This document shows, in pieces, positions 28,030 to 38,347 of a stretch of DNA of 64,000 nt. Within the stretch, counting starts at the first letter, position 1; the number at the start of each line of letters is the position of its first letter. Below the pieces are notes generated by a model, which was not told where the DNA came from, did no database searches, and was given only the letters and a program-made list of their open reading frames with translations. The position numbers were made by a program, and so were the translations under genes. The stretch comes from a virus, in IMG/VR virus record IMGVR_UViG_3300028388_004772, positions 1-64,000 of that record; one strand, 5' to 3'.

Positions 28030-29424
28030 CTAGTCGCCCAATATCCTTATGATAACAACGCCATCTGCGCCATCTCCAGCTCTTACGTAACCCGATTGTC
28101 TTCGATCAGCTCCACCGCCACCAGATCCTGTATTTGCTATTCCAGTTAACTCTGTAAGGTCGATTGCGGACGTATAGCCACCACTCGACTTACCACCAAT
28201 TCCACTTGCTCTTGTACCGTAACCGGATGGTCCGCTAAAGTAGAAACCGCCACCACCTGCAGCATAAAATTGTGAGGAACCAGTAATCGTCGATGATCGG
28301 CCAGCACCACCATTTGATATATTAGTGTTCCAGTAAGAACTGTCAGGAGTAACACCAGCAGCGCCAGCACCACCACCGCCCCCTCCATTAGGAGATGATC
28401 CAGTACCCCCATCATTACCGTCACCAGCACCACTACCGCCTGGCCGAGCTGATCCACCACCACCTCCGCCCGAGGAACCAGAGGCGTTATCACCTGCTTG
28501 GCCAAGTACTCCGTCTGCCCCATCACCACTCCAACCACCGGCGCGAGCACCACCGGCCGCGTATAGTGTATAACCGCCACCGACTATCGATGATGTTCCT
28601 CCTGTACCGGACCCCGCGACATCATTTATTGCGCCACCCTGTTGTCCAGCTCCTACTGTGATATTCAAAGTACCAGCCGGTAATGTAGTATTAGTAAGTT
28701 CGTTGTAGGCGCCAGCACCTCCGCCACCGGAGTAGTAACTACCGCCACCACCACCGCCGCCGCCAACGACCAATACCCAGGCACTAGTACTCGATCCAAG
28801 TGAGATTGTTCCATTTCCTGTGAATTTGTATACAGTATCGTTTCCAACAGTTGTCTGTGTATAAGTGCCTGTGACCCCAGTGACAACTTGAGCAGTCACT
28901 TCCAGTGTAGTACTGATACTTGCCGTATTAACGCCATCCGAAGCTGTAAATGTAATGTCCGTTGATCCTGTTGAGTCGCCTGAGATCACTGTAAACTGAG
29001 ACGAATCTTGCGTTACATAAAGAATACCTGAATCAACCAGAGGATCAAGTGAATAGGAATATGTGAGATCAAATCCATCTGAATCAATCGCAGATATTGA
29101 AAAACGTTGAGAGTCTTGGAGTCCTAATGTATACAACGCATTTAGGCTTGTAAATATTGTTGGATTGACGTTTGCTGAAATTGTTTCAAGCCAACCTTCA
29201 CCAGTACCAACTATTAAAGTATCTGTATTGTTAATGTATGCATAATTGCCAACTGTTCCTATACTTGGTACTACTCCTATAGAATCATACTGAGTAACAC
29301 CAGACACAATACGATCACTAAGGTAATCTGAATCAATAACTTCTGTCACAGTGTTTTCAGACAAGGATGTGTTTGTGATCCCTGTGTTCAAAAATTTGGC
29401 AAGTGAAACATTTCTTCTTGTCAT
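28030..29424 (-). CDS. Virion fibre/adhesin: shared N-terminal module plus glycine-rich C-terminal domain
   Basis: QYDSIG..P, GEGW...N.NP; VLVVGGGGGGG...GGGGAG, ANTGSGGGG, G.DGVVIIR. Confidence 0.78.
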   Translation of the reverse strand: MTRRNVSLAKFLNTGITNTSLSENTVTEVIDSDYLSDRIVSGVTQYDSIGVVPSIGTVGNYAYINNTDTLIVGTGEGWLETISANVNPTIFTSLNALYTLGLQDSQRFSISAIDSDGFDLTYSYSLDPLVDSGILYVTQDSSQFTVISGDSTGSTDITFTASDGVNTASISTTLEVTAQVVTGVTGTYTQTTVGNDTVYKFTGNGTISLGSSTSAWVLVVGGGGGGGGSYYSGGGGAGAYNELTNTTLPAGTLNITVGAGQQGGAINDVAGSGTGGTSSIVGGGYTLYAAGGARAGGWSGDGADGVLGQAGDNASGSSGGGGGGSARPGGSGAGDGNDGGTGSSPNGGGGGGAGAAGVTPDSSYWNTNISNGGAGRSSTITGSSQFYAAGGGGFYFSGPSGYGTRASGIGGKSSGGYTSAIDLTELTGIANTGSGGGGADRRQSGYVRAGDGADGVVIIRILGD

Positions 29425-29427
29425 ATA

Positions 29428-30687
29428 TTAGTTTCCAAAAACTACCGTATCAAAATTATTTAACATTTCTTCATCAGTCATCGAGGTTGGATATATGGCC
29501 ACCCCTGCAATATAGGATGTTAATACAGAACGATTGAATCCAGTGATTACGCCTGAGACCGCACTACTGTATGCCACGAATTCATTATCATTTGCAGCGT
29601 AACCGTGTGCATACCCTCTGTTCTCTGTTGTACTAATTGTGTATGGAGTATTCCCTGGTACTTTAGCTGCAATCAAACTTCCAAGAGCATAACTAGAGCC
29701 GGGTGTCATAATATACCATTCCGCAGCATCCATTGTAGGACTTAAATTACGAGACGTAGTAGTTGTTCCTTGAAATACAGCTTGCTGTTGACCCCCATTT
29801 GTCTCTGTCGAAAAGGATACTATTCTACTATCTTCATCTCGTACTGATAAACCGGCTCTGAGCGATCCATCATAACTTGGTATATACCATGCCCAGACAA
29901 ATTTATACTTCCCAGCCTCTCTAGTAAAATCTATATTGTTATATTGGATTCTTAAATAGTCCCCTGATGTTGATATCTCAGACATTTCTCCAGAAAGTGT
30001 TTCTGTAGCAGCACCTGTTGTAAGAGTCGAAAGTCCATTAGTAGTAACTGTAACGCCAGTATTATCTCCAAACTCTCCACCTGGAGTCCACAAATAAACA
30101 TAAGAAGCTGGTTCATTTAAGCCTATCGCTTTAAACAAAGTTGAAGATGAAGTGATTGATCGTCCATCCGTGACAGAAAATGTTACAGTGCTTTCAATTG
30201 ACAATCCATCAGAATCTGCATCTGGGGTCACAGTGAATACACCAGCATCCCCTTGTGATATAGATGCCACTGAATCAAAACGATCATCACCAGAAAATGA
30301 AAATGAAAGTTGGTCCAGGGCATTTGAGTCAGAACCAATCAGAGTAATAGTAAAATCACTATCAGCAAAACTAAACGAATAACTATCCTGTAGTCCGGTG
30401 AATGTTGGTGCAAAGTTTTCGGGAAAGTTAACATTATACCATCCTTCACCAGAAAACACATAATGCTTATTTGCAGAATCAATGAAAGCAAGATCACCTG
30501 CAGAATTACCAGTCCTTGGCAGAGAGTCTAAAGATGAATAAACAGAAACTTCAACGCCACCACCTCCGGAAGTAAAACCTGAGACATAGTCTGCGTCAAT
30601 AATAGTGTTAACACCAGACTCAAGTAGGCCTCCAGCGCTATCGACTAGATTTCCTGCAAATTTAGCTATGTCTCTTGCTCTTGTCAT
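29428..30687 (-). CDS. Virion protein: shared N-terminal module plus unrecognised C-terminal domain
   Basis: MTRARDIAK, LP.TGNSAGDLAFI, GEGWY, FTVTP, VTFSVTDG. Confidence 0.7.
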   Translation of the reverse strand: MTRARDIAKFAGNLVDSAGGLLESGVNTIIDADYVSGFTSGGGGVEVSVYSSLDSLPRTGNSAGDLAFIDSANKHYVFSGEGWYNVNFPENFAPTFTGLQDSYSFSFADSDFTITLIGSDSNALDQLSFSFSGDDRFDSVASISQGDAGVFTVTPDADSDGLSIESTVTFSVTDGRSITSSSTLFKAIGLNEPASYVYLWTPGGEFGDNTGVTVTTNGLSTLTTGAATETLSGEMSEISTSGDYLRIQYNNIDFTREAGKYKFVWAWYIPSYDGSLRAGLSVRDEDSRIVSFSTETNGGQQQAVFQGTTTTSRNLSPTMDAAEWYIMTPGSSYALGSLIAAKVPGNTPYTISTTENRGYAHGYAANDNEFVAYSSAVSGVITGFNRSVLTSYIAGVAIYPTSMTDEEMLNNFDTVVFGN

Positions 30688-30695
30688 TATTAATA

Positions 30696-32348
30696 CTATG
30701 TGTTTCTAAAAATGTATACTGTATTTACTGCATAAGCCCCGCCCACTGCAATATCTCCGTCTATCGATGCAGAGTATAAAAACGGAGAATTAACTGGGTC
30801 CCCACGATCGATAATCGATTGTTCGTTCCATGTATTACCACCATCAGAGGTTCTGAATATATATGCACCCCCAGTACTTCCGTCGTCGTTGGCCCTCCGG
30901 GGTGCACCTACAATCACAATATCCCCTAAACTTGAGATATCCATAGAATGTTGTGCACCTAAATACTCAGCTGTACCAGAGTGTGTAATTTTCTGAATCT
31001 CGGACCAAGTAGAACCTGACCTTTTAAAGAAATACACAGCTCCATCACTAGAGTTATGGCCCTGTGCTCCAACAGCGATAATATCGCCACTCACAACAAC
31101 GTCTTTACCAAACTGATCACCTGATGCACCATCAGACGGTGTAAGTTTCTGCTGTTGCGTCCAAGTAGATCCAGATCTTGTAAAAACGTAAGCGGCGCCA
31201 GCAGGATCATCTCCAGTGGAACTAACAACAATTGTATCACCATCTATATCACATGCTTCCCCAAATTGATCTGAGGCAGCATAATCACTTGCAAATATTT
31301 TTTGTTGTTCTGTAAACGTCCCTTCGGCGCTATCTCTTGCGTATACATAAGCTGATCCAGTACTTGAAACGCTTTGATAATCTTCGAGGTATGCACCGAC
31401 AACAATATGGTTTGAGCTAATAGCTACCTGAAAACCATATCGATCGGACCCCTGGGCATCTGAGGCAAATAGTTTCTGAGATTGCGTCCACGATGATCCT
31501 GAGCGCTTAAAAACATACGCCGCTCCTGCATCACCACCCTCATCATCATCTCCATATGCTCCTATAACTGCTGTGTCACCATCGAGATCAACGTAGTAAC
31601 CAAATCGTGGATTCGATTGATTTGCAGCATCACTGGCTTGAAGAGTAGCCTGCTCGGTAAACGTCCCTTCGGCGCTATCTCTTGTATAAACATGTACTCT
31701 GCCAGAATTTGTCGATGGTACTGCATAGCCATGCTCTCCTAGAATCACAGTATCCCCTGACACTGCACTAGTAAATCCTAGATTTGTTCCAAACGATAAC
31801 TCCTGAACTTGGGTTATGGATGCAAATGAGGGATTGAATGTCAATGTAAACGTATTGATATCGGTTGAAATATTAACACCATCAGTTGCAGTAAAGGTTA
31901 TAGTGCCAGATTGAGTCGTTGCTGAATCTTCGCTCAACGGTGTAATCGTAAATACCGATGCATCCTGACTAATCGTCGCGAGTCCATTGAAGTCGCTGTC
32001 GGCTGTTGCACTGAATGTAATAGGATCACCGTCAGAATCAGTTGCGGTTATAGTAATTGTAGTAACGGCTCCAGCTGTGTCAAGTGTAAATGGTGTTACT
32101 CCACCGTTACTATCTTCGACTGATAATATTGCTGGTGATCTATTAACTAACGCAACATTGTACCATCCAGATCCTTCCCAGATATACAGTCTATCATTTG
32201 ATTTGACAAATGCTCTATCACCAGCACTATTACCTATATACGGCAATGAACTGACGTCATCATACAGCGGGACAGCACCAGGAGTTGTTCCAGCAACAGA
32301 CTGTGTATCGGCTATTACTGTACTTTTATAACTTGAAAAAGTTGTCAT
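30696..32348 (-). CDS. Virion adhesin-like protein with FG-GAP propeller
   Basis: Shared N-module; FG..V..DGDT...GA...GAAYVF.RSGS.W repeats. Confidence 0.85.
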   Translation of the reverse strand: MTTFSSYKSTVIADTQSVAGTTPGAVPLYDDVSSLPYIGNSAGDRAFVKSNDRLYIWEGSGWYNVALVNRSPAILSVEDSNGGVTPFTLDTAGAVTTITITATDSDGDPITFSATADSDFNGLATISQDASVFTITPLSEDSATTQSGTITFTATDGVNISTDINTFTLTFNPSFASITQVQELSFGTNLGFTSAVSGDTVILGEHGYAVPSTNSGRVHVYTRDSAEGTFTEQATLQASDAANQSNPRFGYYVDLDGDTAVIGAYGDDDEGGDAGAAYVFKRSGSSWTQSQKLFASDAQGSDRYGFQVAISSNHIVVGAYLEDYQSVSSTGSAYVYARDSAEGTFTEQQKIFASDYAASDQFGEACDIDGDTIVVSSTGDDPAGAAYVFTRSGSTWTQQQKLTPSDGASGDQFGKDVVVSGDIIAVGAQGHNSSDGAVYFFKRSGSTWSEIQKITHSGTAEYLGAQHSMDISSLGDIVIVGAPRRANDDGSTGGAYIFRTSDGGNTWNEQSIIDRGDPVNSPFLYSASIDGDIAVGGAYAVNTVYIFRNT

Positions 32349-32363
32349 TTTATTGAATAACTC

Positions 32364-34070
32364 CTATGATACTGCGGTATTATTAAGTATATATGTTGAA
32401 CCAGCATTGGAACCTTCATCATCCTCATCTGGAGCTCCTACTACGACAGTATCTCCATCAACTGAAACTGAGTATCCAAATACATCATTTGCTTGTAAAT
32501 CATCTGGGGAGAACGCGGTCTCTTCCGTTACATATATTGTGTTACCATCAAACTCATAAGTAAACACATAGATTTTACCACCGTAAATACCATCCTCTGT
32601 ATGATAAGGGGCTCCTACTACAAATCTGTTATTCGCTGTGTCTAGTTCAACCCAATGGCCAAAACGAGCGCTAGCTGTGTAATCTGATGCGACAACGCGG
32701 GCCCTAAAAGAAAAGGCGCCACCTGACCCATCCCATATATAAACAGCCCCACAATCAAACACACCAGATTCATCGTCTCTAGGAGCCCCGGCTATTATCA
32801 ACCATCTATTAGCATCAGGCCGTTTATCTAAATCAACAGAGTATCCTAACCAAGCGGAAGTTGACGGAGTACTTGATGTAAGTTTTACTCGCTCGGTAAA
32901 GGTACTACCTGATCGAGTATAAACATAGACTGCACCTGCGTCAACAGTTGATCCAGCTTCATCTTTGTAAGCTCCCACAGCCGCATATCCAGTTCCATGA
33001 TGTCCAACAGCATGGCCAAACTCTGTGATGGATTTGTTAATTCTGTCCTGTTCGCTCCAGTTGGTTACAGACCGTTTATAAACATAAGCTGAGTTATTAC
33101 CTGCCGCTCCCACAATTAACCATTCACCATTTAAATCTATACTTGCGCGCCCTGCCGTTGTGCCGCCAAAACTTATACCAGTGCTCGGGCTTCCCTCTGA
33201 AGGTACAACTTTTGCCTGTTGAGACCAGGTAGATCCGGATCTATAAAAAATGTAAGCGGCGCCAGCCGTACCATGGCCAGGTGCACTGACTGCTATGTAA
33301 TCACCATCAATTCCGACACCGGTTCCAAAATAATCGTCACTTACAATATCATTTGGAAGTAGTTTAGTCTGCTGAGACCAGTTTCCATTACCATCTCTGG
33401 CAAAAACATAAGCTGCACCAGATCTGTTTCCGTTTTCGTCCCGCTCGGGGGCCCCAATAACCATATAGTCCCCTGATACTGAGACAGAACGTCCAAATAC
33501 ATCACCGGCTAGAATATCACTTCCTTGAATCTTATCTGTTTGAAGCCATCCAAATGATAAAGTAAACGTTTGAGCTGCAGATGACGCGATATTAATACCG
33601 TCAGTTGCTGTGAATGTAATTGTTCCTGATGTAGTAGTTGCTGAGTCCACGCCAAACGGTGTAATAGTAAATACAGACGAATCCTGACTAAGCGAAGCAA
33701 GACTATTGAAGTTACTGTCTGGTGTTGCTGAATATGTAATTAGTCTATCATCAGAATCAGCTGCAGTAATAGTAATCGTTGTAAGATTTCCTTCCGTTGA
33801 CAGCTCAAAAGGAGAAGTACCTCCGGCACTATCTTGTACTGATGTTATCGTCGGAGATCTGTTGATCATCACAACACTGAACCATCCACTTCCATCATAA
33901 ATGTAATATCGATTATTCGAATTTACAAATGCTTCTTGACCATTAGAAACACCTACTCGAGGCAGTTCACCTATCGAATCATATATTGGTACTTGGGCCT
34001 CAGGTGTTGTCCCAGCATTTGCCTGAGAAACAGTAATGATATTATTTTTAAAATTCGAAAAATTACCCAT
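32364..34070 (-). CDS. Virion adhesin-like protein with FG-GAP propeller
   Basis: Shared N-module; FGRSVSVSGD.MVIGAP...GAAYVF repeats. Confidence 0.85.
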   Translation of the reverse strand: MGNFSNFKNNIITVSQANAGTTPEAQVPIYDSIGELPRVGVSNGQEAFVNSNNRYYIYDGSGWFSVVMINRSPTITSVQDSAGGTSPFELSTEGNLTTITITAADSDDRLITYSATPDSNFNSLASLSQDSSVFTITPFGVDSATTTSGTITFTATDGINIASSAAQTFTLSFGWLQTDKIQGSDILAGDVFGRSVSVSGDYMVIGAPERDENGNRSGAAYVFARDGNGNWSQQTKLLPNDIVSDDYFGTGVGIDGDYIAVSAPGHGTAGAAYIFYRSGSTWSQQAKVVPSEGSPSTGISFGGTTAGRASIDLNGEWLIVGAAGNNSAYVYKRSVTNWSEQDRINKSITEFGHAVGHHGTGYAAVGAYKDEAGSTVDAGAVYVYTRSGSTFTERVKLTSSTPSTSAWLGYSVDLDKRPDANRWLIIAGAPRDDESGVFDCGAVYIWDGSGGAFSFRARVVASDYTASARFGHWVELDTANNRFVVGAPYHTEDGIYGGKIYVFTYEFDGNTIYVTEETAFSPDDLQANDVFGYSVSVDGDTVVVGAPDEDDEGSNAGSTYILNNTAVS

Positions 34071-37000
34071 CAACTATTACCAGTCACAATCCAACCTTCT
34101 GAAGCATTGTAATATACTAAATCAACAAATGCTCGATTGACATCAAGAATAAAGTCTGAATCCGATCCAAGAATCTTATCACTACTTGTAATTGTAATAT
34201 TGTTTGTCTCTGCATCTCCTGTTCCATCACCAACCTTAACCTCATCACCAAAAGATGGAGAAGATGGTAGTGTAATAGTAACAGCTGTCGTAGTATCAAC
34301 GATATATTTCTTATTGACAACTGCTGTAATATCAGTAGTTGCCTCTTGATACATTCCTGTTAGGAAGTTTGTGATGAAAGTCTCAGTACTACCAGTCGCG
34401 ACTGAAACACTGACATAGTCACCAGATACACACGCATCTTCCAACGTAACTGACAATCCATTTGTTGCTGTGTAGTCAGCCGAATCAATTAACAGAATAC
34501 CGTTTCTGAATACCTGTATTCTACCTTGGGTATATGATAGTGTTTGACTGCTCAGATCAGCTCCATCGAATGTTACTTGATCTGAATCAGCAAGGTAATT
34601 GTATGTAATTATATTCGACGATGGTGTAGCTGCTAAATTAGTAGTCGTATTGACAGACATAATGCTAAGAATATCATCTGTCTGTGCAGCTTCTGTTAGA
34701 ACAACTGATGTTCCGGTTGTTGCAGTATAGTCAGCTGAGTCTGCCAAGAATAGACCATTAAGATAAACAGCAATATTTCCTGGATTATAGGTCAGTGTTG
34801 CTCCTCGATTATCCCCACCAGAGAATACAGTTTGTCCATTTGCTGCTGTAAAGTCAAACGTATTAACAACACCATTCTGATTATCAAGGATACCAAGAAC
34901 ACCGGCTGAATCCAGTCCGCCACCAGCACCACCGCCACCACTAATTGTAATAGTCTTAGTAGCCCCTGTACCTGACGCTGTTACCCCATCGCCAACAAAG
35001 TTCAGAGTTGTTCCAGCTGTTGCAAGCGGAGTACCTTCATCCTGAATTGTGACACCGCTACCAGCAGTCGTTTGCCTTGCCTGTACGTATGCTGAGTCAA
35101 CTGTTGCATTAATAATAGTTACAACTGTTGCTGAATCAGTACCACCTGATCCTCCACTAACTGTAGACTGTCTGGCTTGAATGTAATCTGAATCGATCAA
35201 CGAAATCACTTCGCCAGAGTTTAGATACCCCTGTGTTGCAATCAAACTAATCGCTTCGCCAGAGTCTAACGCGTCTGTTAGATACCCTTGTGTTGCAATC
35301 AAGCTAATTACTTCAGCTGAATCGAGGAATGAGGTGTCGCTTAATAATACAATATTTCCAACCATTCCAGCATGAATAGTACACTGATACACTAGTGTTT
35401 CAGGTGCATTCATTGGAACATTGAAGATCAACTCTCCATTGTTTTGAGCATTATTAGTAACGCCTGTGCTATATGCTGATCCGCCGTCACTAACTCTAAT
35501 CTCAAACGGATGCGATACAGCATCAATGTTAAACTTATAGGTGAGACCTCTTTGAAGATAGAGAGTTGGATTATCAGCTGAGTCAAATCCATCACCAGTA
35601 AATCTATATGCAGATGCTCCGCTATTAACTACATTGAATACTGCCTCAGGTGGTCTACGCGCCTCAATATAGTCAGAATCAATAAGTGATATTGTATTGG
35701 CTGAATCGAATGTCGTATATCCAGCATCGTTAGTTAAATCACTAACTGACTTATTGTTGAAGTCGGAGTCAAATCCAACGTACGTACCTTCGAAGGCACC
35801 TGCTTGGACTATAGCAAGTTCAAACGATGCATCAGCAGTATTGATTGTTCCTTCTATTTCAGGATCATATTTGTTAAAGAACTTAAACTTCTGGTCAGTT
35901 GCATCTCTGAATACACCAGCGTGAGTGTATGGTGCATTAGGAAGATTGTAATTACCAACAAATCCAAGATCGACATTTACAGGAGCCGCATCACCGGTCC
36001 AACGATCACCGCTATCATGACCCGTAACAGCCTCAAAATCAAATGTGATGTTGTACCGAAGTGGAATATTTGTATTTCCGTCAGTACCAAGTTGCCATGT
36101 TGTCTGACCGCCCGCCGAATCAAATCCTAAACCAGCTGAATCAGTGCCCAGATACCATTTAATTGTATCTCCACCAGCACCTTCTGAATCTGTTGCAACA
36201 ATCTCGACATTGTATGTGAGGTTGCTGTCACCTTCATAATAATCTTTAAATAAACCATCATCAAGGCCTGTTCCAACATGGCTAGTAATAATTGTATCAC
36301 CGGCACCAAGATATACAAAGTTGTCAGTAACACGAAGATTAGCAACTTGAGTTACTGTTTCAGCACCGAGAAGGTTAAAGTTTCCTTCGACAGTTAAATC
36401 ACCACCAATTCTAGCTTCGCCAGTAGTTCGAATTACCTCAAAAACATGATCAATAATATTAATGAAAACCGTGCCCTCGGCTGAATCAATAACCAGAGCA
36501 TAGCCTAAATCTACAGCAAAGTTAGGATATGTCGGAGCAGTTTTCTGGAATGTACCTGCAACTGTTCCTACATGAAATCTTTCACCAGAAGTAAGACCAG
36601 TCGTATTGATACCATTGACAACTCCCTTTGTTGTTACATATCCTATTTCATTATTACCTATTTCATGAGTAGCAAGGCCTATTGCGTGAACCTTTGGCTC
36701 ATCTGTAGCATCAGCAAGATCAATTGTAGGAATACCATTGTCCTGTCCTGTTATGTAAACAGGAGCTCCATTTGCAATAGCTGTACCTGTATTATTCTTT
36801 ACTCTTAGCCATTCTTCTTGGCCGACCTGTAGAGTAACATCTTGCTCATTATTGTAAACAGCAAGTGCCCCATTGGCTGAATCATAGAATATTCTGCCTT
36901 CGCGATGATCTGGCTCAGAACCAGTAAAGTCAATAAAGTTGTGGTTTTTTGTTTCTCTTAATTGAACATATGCTGAGTCAATAAAATCAATTACATTGGC

Positions 37001-38290
37001 TGAATCCAGTACATTAGGTCTTCCAGTAAGTGAACTATATGCAAAATCTTGTCTTGCTTGGACATACGCCGAATTAACTAAACCAATGGTACTTGTAGAA
37101 TCAAAGGTCGTGTATCCATAAGACGTGATAATACTATTGACGTTTGTGGAATCCAGTACGTTAGGAGCACCAGTTAAACTTGAGTATGCAAAGTCCTGAG
37201 CAGTTTGTCTTTGTTGTACATAAGCCGAATCCACAAGTGATGTGACATCGGCTGTAATAATCGACGATACATTAGATGAATCCAGTACATTAGGTGCACC
37301 AGTTAAACTTGAGTAGGCAAAGTCCTGAGCTGTTTGTCTTTGTTGTACATATGCTGAGTCTACTAAGTTTACAACACCTGTAGAGTCAATCTTATCCCCT
37401 ATGAAATTAATTAAGGTGGCATAAGCTGAATCATCATCATTTAAGGCAGCAGCAATCTCATTTAAAGTATTCAGAGCATCAGGTGCCCCATCAATGAGAT
37501 TGTTAATTTGAGTTGTTACATATGTTTGTGTAGCATATGAAGTTAAAGCCGAATCAACAATAATAGTAACAGCAGCTGAATCTGCAAACCCCAAAGAAGG
37601 TTTATTGGATAATAGATTATAATCTAATCCAGTAGCATGGAGTTGGACGTAAGCTGAATCAACAACACTCTGGATTCTTGCAGAGTCACCACCGAAAGTA
37701 GTGACAATTAATGTATCCCCAGAGTCTGCTGCTTCAGTAAGAACAACTGTGGATCCATTTGTAGCTGTATAGTCCTCGCCGTTTAAAAGTATAATACCGT
37801 TAAGAGTGACTAATAAAGCACCTGGAACATAGGCAGCCGAAAAGTCAGTTTGACTTGCACTTGCCGTAAAGGATGTTTCGGTAATTCCAACACGACCTAA
37901 TGGGTCAATTAATCCAGCAACGTATCCGGAGTCGACTACTTCATTAATAATCTGAGTTGTTACAGCAGAGTCTGTGGATAAGTTTGCCGTGGAAATTGAT
38001 AATACATCAGCTGAATCAAGGACGTTTGGCGTGTCTGTTAAACTATTGTAACTTAACCCGAAAGCATGCAATTGCACATAATCAGAGTCAATTAATGCTG
38101 TGGTATCGATACCATCAATTAGATTCTGTACTAATGCAGAATCGATAAAAGACTTGACTTGATTCGAGGAATTCTTATAGTAAATTTTACCATCAGCAAA
38201 GTTGATGGCAATTTCACCATATTCTAGATCGCTAGTACTAGGAATCCGTCCAGCAACACTAGACTTCTTTAGTTTAATGTTAGTAGCCAT
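34070..38290 (-). CDS. Large tail fibre-like structural protein (1406 aa) with DS-rich repeats and a cupredoxin-like domain
   Basis: IKLKKSSVAGRIP...L.YGEIAIN..DGK N-terminus, GAPDALNTLNEIAAAL fibre motif, NG..L....DYTATNG repeats, HPF...YQCTIHAGM. Confidence 0.8.
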   Translation of the reverse strand: MATNIKLKKSSVAGRIPSTSDLEYGEIAINFADGKIYYKNSSNQVKSFIDSALVQNLIDGIDTTALIDSDYVQLHAFGLSYNSLTDTPNVLDSADVLSISTANLSTDSAVTTQIINEVVDSGYVAGLIDPLGRVGITETSFTASASQTDFSAAYVPGALLVTLNGIILLNGEDYTATNGSTVVLTEAADSGDTLIVTTFGGDSARIQSVVDSAYVQLHATGLDYNLLSNKPSLGFADSAAVTIIVDSALTSYATQTYVTTQINNLIDGAPDALNTLNEIAAALNDDDSAYATLINFIGDKIDSTGVVNLVDSAYVQQRQTAQDFAYSSLTGAPNVLDSSNVSSIITADVTSLVDSAYVQQRQTAQDFAYSSLTGAPNVLDSTNVNSIITSYGYTTFDSTSTIGLVNSAYVQARQDFAYSSLTGRPNVLDSANVIDFIDSAYVQLRETKNHNFIDFTGSEPDHREGRIFYDSANGALAVYNNEQDVTLQVGQEEWLRVKNNTGTAIANGAPVYITGQDNGIPTIDLADATDEPKVHAIGLATHEIGNNEIGYVTTKGVVNGINTTGLTSGERFHVGTVAGTFQKTAPTYPNFAVDLGYALVIDSAEGTVFINIIDHVFEVIRTTGEARIGGDLTVEGNFNLLGAETVTQVANLRVTDNFVYLGAGDTIITSHVGTGLDDGLFKDYYEGDSNLTYNVEIVATDSEGAGGDTIKWYLGTDSAGLGFDSAGGQTTWQLGTDGNTNIPLRYNITFDFEAVTGHDSGDRWTGDAAPVNVDLGFVGNYNLPNAPYTHAGVFRDATDQKFKFFNKYDPEIEGTINTADASFELAIVQAGAFEGTYVGFDSDFNNKSVSDLTNDAGYTTFDSANTISLIDSDYIEARRPPEAVFNVVNSGASAYRFTGDGFDSADNPTLYLQRGLTYKFNIDAVSHPFEIRVSDGGSAYSTGVTNNAQNNGELIFNVPMNAPETLVYQCTIHAGMVGNIVLLSDTSFLDSAEVISLIATQGYLTDALDSGEAISLIATQGYLNSGEVISLIDSDYIQARQSTVSGGSGGTDSATVVTIINATVDSAYVQARQTTAGSGVTIQDEGTPLATAGTTLNFVGDGVTASGTGATKTITISGGGGAGGGLDSAGVLGILDNQNGVVNTFDFTAANGQTVFSGGDNRGATLTYNPGNIAVYLNGLFLADSADYTATTGTSVVLTEAAQTDDILSIMSVNTTTNLAATPSSNIITYNYLADSDQVTFDGADLSSQTLSYTQGRIQVFRNGILLIDSADYTATNGLSVTLEDACVSGDYVSVSVATGSTETFITNFLTGMYQEATTDITAVVNKKYIVDTTTAVTITLPSSPSFGDEVKVGDGTGDAETNNITITSSDKILGSDSDFILDVNRAFVDLVYYNASEGWIVTGNS
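36965..37365. repeat. Intragenic repeats encoding LVDSAYVQQRQTAQDFAYSSLTGAPNVLDS
   Basis: Two near-identical copies plus diverged copies in the translation; boundaries approximate. Confidence 0.75.
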
Positions 38291-38347
38291 TTTAGTCCTT
38301 AATAAGGGAGTTTAGAGTCTGGGAGTAAAAACCCCCAGACTTATTAT

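Noticed and set aside
14793-34070. Diversity-generating retroelement acting on the adhesins
   Set aside because: No reverse transcriptase in the window, and differences between repeat copies did not appear adenine-specific.
38316-38341. Hairpin AGTCTGGG...CCCAGACT between fibre genes
   Set aside because: No U-tract on the coding strand; it may be a stability or processing hairpin but cannot be called a terminator.
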